From contig NZ_LN885086.1 of the NCBI RefSeq assembly GCF_001458695.1, positions 210,001 through 242,000 on the forward strand: 32,000 bases of DNA. Direction: 5' to 3'. Both the position numbers and the translations under genes were made by a program. The DNA is from Candidatus Nitrospira inopinata (GTDB lineage: Bacteria > Nitrospirota > Nitrospiria > Nitrospirales > Nitrospiraceae). Below are positions 10,552-18,415 of the stretch, piece by piece (the stretch's first letter is position 1; each line of letters begins with the position of its first letter). Below the pieces are notes generated by a model. It did no database searches. It had not been told where the DNA came from and saw only the letters and a list, made by a program, of their open reading frames with translations.

Positions 10552-10938
10552 ATGAAACTTGACTGCTCTTATCATGCCATGGTGACGCTCACTCAGCAGG
10601 AAGTCGAACGGCGGTTGGGGACGGTCGCCTGCGCCGTTTGCAAACGGTCGAGTTTCGCCATCGACGAACGGTTCATGGGCTCCGACGGCGAATGGCGTGG
10701 GGTGTGCAGATCCTGTTTTTATACCTTCCCGGTCCATACGGACGTCGAGTTTTACCTGCGGACTCAGCCCGACGTGCCGCTTCGCCTGAAAGAGATCTCC
10801 TGCACCGCCTGCAACCATCGGGGAGTCGCCCTGGATTTCCGGGCGACGCTCTCCGTGCGAGAAGCCTATTATTTCGTGACGTGCCTCGGATGCCGTCGCC
10901 AATTCCCGGAGCAATCTTCTCTGGAAGCGTACGAATAG
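10552..10938 (+). CDS. Tandem zinc-ribbon protein (4 x CxxC), 128 aa
   Basis: Two repeated modules: CAVC-x21-CRSC and CTAC-x23-CLGC. GGAG lies just upstream of the ATG. The opposite-strand ORFs here are Ser/Gly/Arg-rich and look non-coding. Confidence 0.55.
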   Translation: MKLDCSYHAMVTLTQQEVERRLGTVACAVCKRSSFAIDERFMGSDGEWRGVCRSCFYTFPVHTDVEFYLRTQPDVPLRLKEISCTACNHRGVALDFRATLSVREAYYFVTCLGCRRQFPEQSSLEAYE

Positions 10939-10975
10939 CCGCGGCCTTGCCACGGCCGAAACATCGAATCTTTGC

Positions 10976-11158
10976 ATGAATGACAAGCCGAAACAGCCGG
11001 AAGAGCCGCAACCCGAAGCTCCTCCCAAGACGAGAAAAGAGCTCCCGCTCGTTTCCGTCCCGGACGATCGTGACATGATCGCCCAAGAAATGGCCGAGCT
11101 GTTCGAAGAAGACAAGGTTTCCCATCAACACGGCAGTTCGGAACCGGAGGCGGACTGA
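10976..11158 (+). CDS. Possible small acidic Pro/Glu-rich protein, 60 aa
   Basis: ORF only, 37 nt after the zinc-ribbon gene. No clear SD and low-complexity composition. Confidence 0.25.
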   Translation: MNDKPKQPEEPQPEAPPKTRKELPLVSVPDDRDMIAQEMAELFEEDKVSHQHGSSEPEAD

Positions 11159-11210
11159 CGCCGTCGTCATTCGCCGTCGCTGACTGAATCGCCGCTTCTC
11201 CCACGAATCA

Positions 11211-11918
11211 TCAACTGGCCGATCCAAACTCTTCGGTCTCTTCATTTTGCTTCTTGTAGATCGTTGAGAGGCCGGCCCATCCGGTCAGGCTATACCGGTT
11301 GTCCGCCAAAAGCCGATGTATCGCGCTGGTCAGCACCGCTTCGATGCCTCGCACGGACTCCCAATTCTCCACGCAAATCACGCGCGGCCGGTACCGTTCA
11401 AAATCCAGCCCCTTGATGACTTCGTGGTCCGCCCCTTCGACGTCGACGCTCAGCAACTCGAAGTCTCGGGGAACCTGGTGCGCGGTCAGAAGATGGGTGA
11501 GCGTCGTTGTGTGTATGCGCCCGATCGGCCGGTAGCCGCGGGGGTCGGCGACTGATGAAAGATTGATGGTGGCATTGGTGGAAAATTCACCGGGACTATA
11601 GATCGACACATCTTGTTCTCGATCGCTGACGGCGGCGACAACCGCCGTATCTCGCCTTCGCCTGAGTCGGCAGGCCAGCACTTTCATCTCTTCCAGGTCG
11701 ATCAGCAATCCTCGCCAGCCTCTTCGATACAGACCATAGGTATTGGAACCCCGCCGTGGGTGGTGGCAACCGACATCAACGTAAAACCCCTTTGCCTTTG
11801 GTTCGGGAAGGGCGAGCTTGATGAGTAAATCTTCGCCATATTGCGAGTACGATGCCTGCGGTTTGGCCGGAGAGAGAAACGCGCGATAGGCCGCCCGAAT
11901 GTAGAAACTGGTCTTCAC
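11211..11918 (-). CDS. FkbM-family SAM-dependent methyltransferase
   Basis: SQYGEDLLI...GFYVDVGC...LLSVDVEGADHEVIKG...VICVEN pattern typical of Methyltransf_21/FkbM. GTG start with a GGGGGA SD. Confidence 0.75.
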   Translation of the reverse strand: MKTSFYIRAAYRAFLSPAKPQASYSQYGEDLLIKLALPEPKAKGFYVDVGCHHPRRGSNTYGLYRRGWRGLLIDLEEMKVLACRLRRRRDTAVVAAVSDREQDVSIYSPGEFSTNATINLSSVADPRGYRPIGRIHTTTLTHLLTAHQVPRDFELLSVDVEGADHEVIKGLDFERYRPRVICVENWESVRGIEAVLTSAIHRLLADNRYSLTGWAGLSTIYKKQNEETEEFGSAS

Positions 11919-12021
11919 AAACGATCCCCCTTTCAGCCGGAATAGCCGGCTCGATCCCTATCGATCAAGATGCATTGAAGCCGACGACGAGGATTGCCGC
12001 GCCGGTGACGCCGGACCCGGT

Positions 12022-13203
12022 TTACACTTCTCGAATGATTCCGACCGTCACATCGGAATCGACCCGCCCCAGGGATGAGATTTTGCCTTGTCGCTCTTTA
12101 CGAGCGATCTTTTCAATCTGCACGACGGCCCCGCGCCGCCACTGATCCAACGCCGCGTTCTTCGGCGACGCCAGGCGTTCCAACCGTCCGACCTCGATTC
12201 GCCCCGACTCGTTGCACAGCCAGGCCCGTTTTTCTCCCTTCATCACCCGCAGCTCGCTCACGACCCGATAAACATTTGATCGCCGCCTCACAATGGTTTT
12301 CCCGTCTTTTCGCAGCAATAGGTAGGAAAATTTGAGGGCGTCTTTGATGAAACCGACCGCCTTGTCGATATTTCGGACGGATGGAGGCGGCTCCCACGGC
12401 CGCTCTTCATGACACCAATCATCGGGACGCTCCAGGGCCGGGCAATTCCGTTCGTGAAGACAGGGGCTGTAAACCGTACAGTTCCCCGCCTCGATCAATC
12501 GATCTCGGACTCGATGAAGCCATCTGGACGTTTCCCGCAAGGCCGGCTCAACGATCATCAGCGTGCCATGCGGGGCGAGACCGGTCAAAAGCCTCGAAAG
12601 CAGTTCCGTTTTCGCCGTGATCGGATCGCTTGATCCGGTGCCGATCTCGTTCAGGCTGTTCGCCACGATGATGAGGTCGAACGGCATGGTTGACGAGATC
12701 TTTTCGTACCACCCCCGCCGCTCCAGATTTTCCTCATACGTTGCGAGATGGACCTTGGCGGCGGCTTCCATCCGGCAATAGCGAGACCAGATTCGATGAG
12801 CGTGATCTAACGCCGCTACGGATTGATCGACCGCGGTGACCGACAGTTCCCCGCTGAAACCGTGAGACCGCCGCCAATCCAACACGCCCAGCGCTCCCGT
12901 CCCGGGACCCGATCCGACATCCAATACCCGCATCGGTCCTGCGGCCTCCATTCTCGGCATTTCATCAAGAAGGATTTGGATCTTCGCGAGATTCACCGGC
13001 AGGAAATAACGGAGGTATGCGGCAAGAAACTTCGGATGATTGAAATAATCCCCGCCCAGCTTCTCCCGTTTGTTCGTAAAGCGTCGCGATAACTCTCCCA
13101 CCGCCTCATGGATTTGTGTCAACGAAATGCCGGTTTCTCCGCAGACATGTTCGATCGCTTCCAACAGAGACCGAGAGACCGTGGCAACGTTGAGAGGACT
13201 CAT
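12022..13203 (-). CDS. Rsm22-like class I SAM methyltransferase
   Basis: SAM motif I VLDVGSGPGTG. The later Cys cluster YSPCLHERNCP...DDWCHEE matches my recollection of bacterial Rsm22-family proteins. 393 aa. Confidence 0.6.
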   Translation of the reverse strand: MSPLNVATVSRSLLEAIEHVCGETGISLTQIHEAVGELSRRFTNKREKLGGDYFNHPKFLAAYLRYFLPVNLAKIQILLDEMPRMEAAGPMRVLDVGSGPGTGALGVLDWRRSHGFSGELSVTAVDQSVAALDHAHRIWSRYCRMEAAAKVHLATYEENLERRGWYEKISSTMPFDLIIVANSLNEIGTGSSDPITAKTELLSRLLTGLAPHGTLMIVEPALRETSRWLHRVRDRLIEAGNCTVYSPCLHERNCPALERPDDWCHEERPWEPPPSVRNIDKAVGFIKDALKFSYLLLRKDGKTIVRRRSNVYRVVSELRVMKGEKRAWLCNESGRIEVGRLERLASPKNAALDQWRRGAVVQIEKIARKERQGKISSLGRVDSDVTVGIIREV

Positions 13204-13241
13204 GGGGCTAGTGTATGCTCACCCTACGAGGGAGGACAACC

Positions 13242-13490
13242 ATGACCAACGAAATTTTAAAGGCTTACAAAGAAGTCGAAGCGGCGGTGGAGCGCTATAC
13301 CCGGTTGCTGCACGACCACGTGACGATGCTCCAAAACATCGAGCCGCCCGGCTCGGATAAGGTCGTTCGCCTGACCGCCGGCTCAAAAGCCATGACCGAC
13401 AGCGCCGCGATTTATCTCTCCTATGCGAAGTACGTCGCCCACGGGATGCCGACCAGCGAGGAGATGGTCGAGGATGAAATGCAGGGGTAA
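13242..13490 (+). CDS. Small hypothetical protein, 82 aa
   Basis: ATG 13242 is preceded by GAGGGAGGA. The track ORF starts earlier, at 13215. Predicted helical, no recognisable family. Confidence 0.5.
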   Translation: MTNEILKAYKEVEAAVERYTRLLHDHVTMLQNIEPPGSDKVVRLTAGSKAMTDSAAIYLSYAKYVAHGMPTSEEMVEDEMQG

Positions 13491-13520
13491 TGGCACGGAG
13501 TTGCAAGAAGGCGGGAAATG

Positions 13521-13560
13521 AAAAGGGCCTGTCCGGGGATCCGGACAGGCCCTTCGGCTT
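13521..13560. terminator. Bidirectional rho-independent terminator between convergent genes
   Basis: Perfect 12-bp stem gggcctgtccgg (13525-13536) / ccggacaggccc (13541-13552) with a 4-nt loop. It is flanked by aaaa on the left and ttcggcttt on the right, so it can serve both the 82-aa ORF (+) and the OFOR alpha gene (-). Confidence 0.7.
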
Positions 13561-13570
13561 TCAGAATGAA

Positions 13571-14905
13571 TCAGATGCTCCGCATGAAGTGAGCGACTTC
13601 CTCAGGGTTCACAGTCCCTCCCATCACTTGGGACATGGCCACGTTCGTGGATTTTTTTCCGGTCAGGCCGGACTCCACCTCATCAACGATCAACTCCACC
13701 GGCATCGACTGACCGCCATACACTCGAGGACCGCCGATGATTTTTGCTTTGGAGTAACCGTAGATGGCGGTCGCAACCTCCTTGGCCAGCCAACCGACGT
13801 AGTTGAATTCTGGCACGACGATCAATTTCACGTTGCCGCACAGTTCCCGCAGTTCCTTGGTCGGGAACGGGCGCAGCGAGCGGATCTTGATCAAACCGAC
13901 GTTCAATCCCTTTTCCTTGCAGAGACGCACCGCTTCACGAGACTGAGCCGCCGCGCTTCCTGACGCGATAATGACGGCGTCGGCGTTCTCCACGTTTTCA
14001 GCCGACAGCAGCCCTCCCATGTACCGGTTGATATACTTGCGAGACCGTTCCACGGCCGCCCACACTTCTTGCTGCCACACGGCGTGAATGTTGTACGCCA
14101 TGAAGTTGGATTTCTGAACCGGGGCGTCTCGGGACAAACGAGCGGGAGGATTCTCGGCATCGAGCACCGGGACCGCTCCGCGCCAGGCGTCTCGAGGAGG
14201 AAGTTTGAGTCCGCGATCCTGCATATGGACGTAGCCGCGAGCATGGGTCACGAAAAATCCGTCGCAACAGACGCCCACCGGCAAGGTCACGTCGTTCTTT
14301 TCGCCGATCACAAATCCGGCCATGATGAAATCAAACATATCTTGCTGGTTTTCCGCGTGAAACACGATCATGCCGCAATTCAGAAGATAGGCGACCTCGA
14401 TATTATCGGGTTGAATGGCCAACGGCGCATTGACGACCCGGCAGGTGAACATCGCCACGGCGGGCAACCGATGACCGGGCCAGGAGGCGATGCCCTCCAG
14501 CCCTCGCAAGGTTCCCGGCCCCGCCGTCGCCGTAAAGCAGCGCACGCCGGACCGCGATCCTCCCGCGATCGCCGCCATGACGCCGACCTCTTCTTCGCCG
14601 CGGTAATATTCTTTCACGTAGCCTTCTCCGTACAGCACGCCGACGAGCTGCATGGTCTCCGACTGAGGCGTAATGGGATAGGCGATGGCCAGGTCCACGT
14701 TTGAGCGGCGGATCGCCTCTTTAGCCGCCTCGCTTCCGGTGATAAATTCTCTCGTCCTCGGCGCCTCGAAGAACATATATTCGGGCGTCACGACTCTTTG
14801 TCTCTTCGCCTCCGCATGGGGATCTTTCTTCCCGTCCACCTTCGGGGCTGCAACGCTGGTGATCGGATCACCCTGGGGATTCGTTTTGACTTCCGTCTCG
14901 CTCAT
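13571..14905 (-). CDS. 2-oxoacid:ferredoxin oxidoreductase alpha subunit (five-subunit POR/OGOR type)
   Basis: 444 aa. The N-terminal pyrimidine-binding POR_N domain (AIAYPITPQSE, TATAGPG) is followed by transketolase-C-like domain II. SD GAGGTG. Confidence 0.9.
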   Translation of the reverse strand: MSETEVKTNPQGDPITSVAAPKVDGKKDPHAEAKRQRVVTPEYMFFEAPRTREFITGSEAAKEAIRRSNVDLAIAYPITPQSETMQLVGVLYGEGYVKEYYRGEEEVGVMAAIAGGSRSGVRCFTATAGPGTLRGLEGIASWPGHRLPAVAMFTCRVVNAPLAIQPDNIEVAYLLNCGMIVFHAENQQDMFDFIMAGFVIGEKNDVTLPVGVCCDGFFVTHARGYVHMQDRGLKLPPRDAWRGAVPVLDAENPPARLSRDAPVQKSNFMAYNIHAVWQQEVWAAVERSRKYINRYMGGLLSAENVENADAVIIASGSAAAQSREAVRLCKEKGLNVGLIKIRSLRPFPTKELRELCGNVKLIVVPEFNYVGWLAKEVATAIYGYSKAKIIGGPRVYGGQSMPVELIVDEVESGLTGKKSTNVAMSQVMGGTVNPEEVAHFMRSI

Positions 14906-14945
14906 GGTTGCACCTCTTGGCTAGTTCGAGCGTCGCCGCCCGGCC

Positions 14946-15737
14946 TTATCCTTCCCGCACCATCTGTTCGGCACTATGCCCAAACATCGCCGCGCTGCCC
15001 GCTCCGCCAGGAACAGGGGCAAACGCGAGGGGATTCGTATGAGTCTTTCCGTCGTGAACCTTCGATTGCGTGCCGGTAAAGCGCACGTTTTCTCCGTTCT
15101 CCGGCAGCTTGATGCCCATTTCCTCGCGCACACGCTTGAAAATCTGCGCCACTCGCCTCAATTTCGCGGTGTCCGCGTCGCGAATCGTCAACATGGCGTC
15201 TTCATGCCCCTGCTCGGCGCAAATCGCCATCGTACAACAGTTCGTCCCCGCTCGAATCATTTTGAGCGTCAAATTGGCGTAGTGGCAATGCACGCCCACA
15301 AAGATGCAGGCCTCGATTTTATTTCCCCAAATGGTGAGGTTCGGATGGTTGGGGTTGATGACTTCCTCCGGATCGATCTTGGGATACTTGGGCCGATAGT
15401 CCGGCATGGGAATGATCATCACTTCCGGGATTTGCGCGGCGATTTCAAGCGTGGCCTTGGCCTTTTCCACCGCGTGATCATTCCAGGCCCAGAGAATCAA
15501 CGGACCGGGAAAGATCGTCGGATTCTGACTCGTCAACATCTTCCTGGCCATCTCTTCGATGACGACTTCCTCATTCGGTTCAAGCAAGCCATAAAACAGT
15601 CCTTGACCCGGATCCGGCAGTGAGACGCCAAGCTGAGCCGCCGACGGCGGGTGGAAGCCAGCCGGCCCCGGTACAATGATACGTTCTCTCGTGTCTTGTG
15701 TAGTAGCCACGCCCGTTTCTCCCCTTTCCCGCCTCAT
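14946..15737 (-). CDS. OFOR delta subunit (cofactor-less, ~29 kDa extra subunit of five-subunit enzymes)
   Basis: 263 aa. Its ATG overlaps the stop of the ferredoxin-like subunit by 1 nt (TAATG). Its position between the epsilon and alpha genes matches the Hydrogenobacter por/for clusters. Confidence 0.8.
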   Translation of the reverse strand: MRRERGETGVATTQDTRERIIVPGPAGFHPPSAAQLGVSLPDPGQGLFYGLLEPNEEVVIEEMARKMLTSQNPTIFPGPLILWAWNDHAVEKAKATLEIAAQIPEVMIIPMPDYRPKYPKIDPEEVINPNHPNLTIWGNKIEACIFVGVHCHYANLTLKMIRAGTNCCTMAICAEQGHEDAMLTIRDADTAKLRRVAQIFKRVREEMGIKLPENGENVRFTGTQSKVHDGKTHTNPLAFAPVPGGAGSAAMFGHSAEQMVREG

Positions 15738-16060
15738 TACCCGACGACCGGACTGGTCAACACGGCCGTCGTGCTCTTTTCTCCATATGTGATGTTTTCC
15801 GTCAAAGCTGCTTGAGGCAATTGATCGATCATGATCATCTTGATCGCGTTATTTTTCGCCATGTTGTCACAGACCCAGACGCACTGCGCACAGCCCTTGC
15901 AGCGGTCGACCGCCACGTAAGCCGAACCGTATTTGAACCCCTTGTCCTTTCCCAGCTCGTCACTGTAGAGGATGGTGTTCGCCTCGGGACAATACTGCGT
16001 GCAGAGCTTGCAGCTCTTGGCGGCACAGATTTCGACGTTAATATCGGCGACAAGATACAT
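15737..16060 (-). CDS. OFOR epsilon subunit, 2x[4Fe-4S] ferredoxin-like, 107 aa
   Basis: CAAKSCKLCTQYCP and CKGCAQCVWVC cluster motifs. I place the start at ATG 16060 (AAGGAG SD) rather than the track start at 16156. Confidence 0.85.
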   Translation of the reverse strand: MYLVADINVEICAAKSCKLCTQYCPEANTILYSDELGKDKGFKYGSAYVAVDRCKGCAQCVWVCDNMAKNNAIKMIMIDQLPQAALTENITYGEKSTTAVLTSPVVG

Positions 16061-16071
16061 AGTGCTCCTTC

Positions 16072-16791
16072 TTATGCCGTCGCGGCCGCGGCCACCGGCG
16101 CCTCGGCGCGCTGGACATCCTTTGCGGCCCATCCGTGATCGACGGCATAATTCCATGCCGCCCTCATGACGGCCACGTTCTTTTCAATCAGTTCCTGCTT
16201 CTTCTTGAACTTCCGCTCGACGACGCTATCCAACGCCGCCGTCCCCCCGGATACGACGAACCCTTTGCCGAGGAACCGATCCTTCACGGCCTGCTCCAAC
16301 GCCTGCATATTCGTCAACCCGGTGATGGCGCCGATACACCCCATCAGCGCCATGTTCGTCGCGAGATCCATTCCCGACACTTCCAACGAAATCTTGGTGG
16401 CGGGGATATAGTACAGTTTCGCGCGTCGCTCTTCCAATTCGCGCGCTTGATCCTTGTGCAGTTTCATCGGCCCGTCGTTGTTGATCAACGCGATACCGTC
16501 TTCCTTAAGGCCGTAGTAAAACGGCATCGTGTAAGACTTGCCGTGGGTGATGACTTGGGGATGGAAGATGATAATGATGTGGGGAAACGTAATTTCGCCG
16601 ATCTCGTAAATCGGCTCATCCGACACCCGCACGTAACTTTCGACGGGAGCCATCCGTTTTTCAGATCCGTAGAAGGGGACGATCGTGCTTTCCCCTCCGG
16701 CATTGATCACCGCCGTGCTCAGAATATGCGAGCCGGTCACGACCCCCTGTCCTCCGACCCCCGCCATTCGAATATTGAACCGTCGTGCCAT
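16072..16791 (-). CDS. OFOR gamma subunit
   Basis: 239 aa with N-terminal IRMAGVGGQGVVTGSHIL, typical of the POR gamma domain. SD GGAAGGAGGG. Confidence 0.9.
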   Translation of the reverse strand: MARRFNIRMAGVGGQGVVTGSHILSTAVINAGGESTIVPFYGSEKRMAPVESYVRVSDEPIYEIGEITFPHIIIIFHPQVITHGKSYTMPFYYGLKEDGIALINNDGPMKLHKDQARELEERRAKLYYIPATKISLEVSGMDLATNMALMGCIGAITGLTNMQALEQAVKDRFLGKGFVVSGGTAALDSVVERKFKKKQELIEKNVAVMRAAWNYAVDHGWAAKDVQRAEAPVAAAATA

Positions 16792-16814
16792 TGTCGCCCT
16801 CCTTCCTTCAACGC

Positions 16815-17717
16815 TCAGGCCTTCCCGGAAATCGCCGCGGCAGGAGCAGCCTGCTTGGCGAGAAACTCCTTGTAGCCATAGCGCTCGGTGAGGTATTGCT
16901 TGGCCTCTTCGCTCACGTACTCCATGAATTGATATCTGTCGTTTTCGACCGCCTTGGCGTCTTCCATGACCTTATCGGTCGGAATCGCGTACTCGATGTT
17001 GCAGGACGTGTACGCCTGAATGTAGGAAGGCCCTATCTCCCGCGCAACCAACACCGCCTTCTTGATGACGCTCTCGACGCGACGGGGATTGTTCGGGACG
17101 ACGGTCGCGACATAGGCGCAACCGGCCACCTTCGCCAACTGCACCATGTCCATCTTCTCAAACTTCTTGCCGAGCGGAGCCATCTTCAACACGGCTCCCT
17201 TGTTGGTCATGCCGCTTTCCTGACCTCCGGTATTGCCGTATACCTCGTTGTCGAGCATGATCGTCGTGAATCGTTCCTTTCGGAACCACGAATGCAGCAC
17301 CTGCTGAAAACCGATGTCGGCGGTCCCGCCGTCTCCGGCCATTACGACCACGTCTTTCGGCTTGTCGCCGAACCGCAACCGCAAACCGCGGGACAACCCG
17401 CTGGCCACGCCGTTTTGATCGCCGTAATTCCCATACACGAACGGAATCGCCGCCTGCGAGATCGCCAGGCGCCCGCAACCGGCCGTGCCGACCGTGATCG
17501 TATCCTCCGGATTGGGGAACGCGATCATCGCCAGCCGAATAAACAGCGTCATGGCGCAACCGGCGCACATGGGATGCTCTTCGAGCACTTCCTTGAAGCT
17601 CCCCATCTGTGAGACGGTGACTTTCTTCCCGAAAGGACCATGTTCGACCATATCCCGGTATTCCTTGGGCATGAACTTTTCGAAGCCATTTGAAAACTTC
17701 ACGTAATCGAGACTCAT
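16815..17717 (-). CDS. OFOR beta subunit (thiamine-diphosphate binding)
   Basis: 300 aa. Motifs CAGC...CGR, GDGGTADIG...DNEVYGNTGGQ (TPP/Mg site). SD GGAGG lies 6 nt upstream of the ATG. Confidence 0.9.
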   Translation of the reverse strand: MSLDYVKFSNGFEKFMPKEYRDMVEHGPFGKKVTVSQMGSFKEVLEEHPMCAGCAMTLFIRLAMIAFPNPEDTITVGTAGCGRLAISQAAIPFVYGNYGDQNGVASGLSRGLRLRFGDKPKDVVVMAGDGGTADIGFQQVLHSWFRKERFTTIMLDNEVYGNTGGQESGMTNKGAVLKMAPLGKKFEKMDMVQLAKVAGCAYVATVVPNNPRRVESVIKKAVLVAREIGPSYIQAYTSCNIEYAIPTDKVMEDAKAVENDRYQFMEYVSEEAKQYLTERYGYKEFLAKQAAPAAAISGKA

Positions 17718-17774
17718 CGAGCACCTCCGTTAATCTGCCGAGAACGCCGGCCCGTTATTGTTTTGCTGCTCAAT

Positions 17775-17816
17775 GCAACTGTCTCTTGGCAACTGTCTCT
17801 TGGCAACCGTTCCTTG
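17775..17816. repeat. 14-bp tandem direct repeat x3 in the OFOR operon leader
   Basis: gcaactgtctcttg (17775-17788), gcaactgtctcttg (17789-17802), gcaaccgttccttg (17803-17816, 11/14 identical). Located 58-99 nt upstream of the beta-subunit ATG. Confidence 0.85.
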
Positions 17817-17885
17817 AACCGTATCGAGGATGACAGGGAGAGAGATGATGACGCTTCGCCCGGTCTTCCGACACCACCGCGCCAC

Positions 17886-17915
17886 ATCGTAGCAAAGCCC
17901 TAAAAAACCTGTCAA
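17886..17915 (-). promoter_or_regulatory. Sigma70-like promoter of the OFOR operon
   Basis: The minus strand reads TTGACA (17915..17910), an 18-nt spacer, then TACGAT (17891..17886). The predicted leader is ~160 nt and contains the tandem repeat. Confidence 0.45.
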
Positions 17916-18150
17916 TCTCTTGCGATTGCACCACTTGATCGACGCCACTACAGTATAACGCCCGTGCGTTTCGCTCAACTTCTCAGAAGGCCCATGTCGG
18001 ACGAAAGAAGGCCTAGTGGCAGTCCCCCCTGTAGGCCGTTCGCCTCAAATCCACGCTCTGCAAACCCGTCTATGTCGGAAGATGAAAAGTTTACGTGAGG
18101 CATAACGAATCAATTGCCGATGCGCTCGGATCCGTTTACACTATCGAATC

Positions 18151-18399
18151 ATGATTCGCCGCGTGCTGATTCCGGGAGAAGACGACGCCGGGGACAACGT
18201 CGGTGGAGTCCATAAGCGCCCGCCGATTCCGGATGCTTCCCACAAAGCCGAGTGCCCTAAATTCATGGCTCACGGCCCCTGCGGAGGCGTGCGCAAAGGC
18301 GGGTTCTGCGAGGTCTACCCCGACATGCAATGCCCGTGGGTTGCATTATTTGTCGAGCTGGAAAAAATCGGCCACACCGACTGGATGAAACAGGTGTAA
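18151..18399 (+). CDS. Stand-alone MTHFR_C-like (MetV-like) 4-Cys mini-protein, 82 aa
   Basis: ECPKFMAHGPCGGVRKGGFCEVYPDMQCPW matches my recollection of the CPK...GPCGG...G.CE...C.W signature of the methylene-THF reductase C-terminal domain. The N-terminal boundary is uncertain because no clear SD is visible. Confidence 0.6.
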   Translation: MIRRVLIPGEDDAGDNVGGVHKRPPIPDASHKAECPKFMAHGPCGGVRKGGFCEVYPDMQCPWVALFVELEKIGHTDWMKQV

Positions 18400-18415
18400 G
18401 GTTGCGAGGAGAAGA

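Noticed and set aside
10516-11245. Minus-strand ORFs of 199 and 190 aa overlapping the zinc-ribbon gene region.
   Set aside because: Their sequences are Ser/Gly/Arg-rich and repetitive with no motifs. The plus-strand ORF has four regularly spaced CxxC pairs and an SD.
17786-17816. TGGCA motifs inside the 14-bp repeats, looked at as a possible sigma54 -24/-12 promoter.
   Set aside because: The GG-to-GC spacing is off by about 3 nt from TGGCAC-N5-TTGC. The motifs are also on the plus strand, pointing away from the OFOR operon and ~350 nt from the next plus-strand gene.
17730-17978. 82-aa minus-strand ORF immediately upstream of the OFOR beta gene.
   Set aside because: - It spans the predicted promoter and the tandem repeat.
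- It uses a non-ATG start and has no SD.
- Its composition is odd (Cys/Arg/Trp-rich).
- It most likely lies in a non-coding leader.
17979-18415. Looked for a preQ1 riboswitch upstream of queF.
   Set aside because: I found nothing resembling the short preQ1-I hairpin plus A-rich tail. queF is preceded by another ORF with only a 16-nt gap. An Infernal scan would be needed for certainty.
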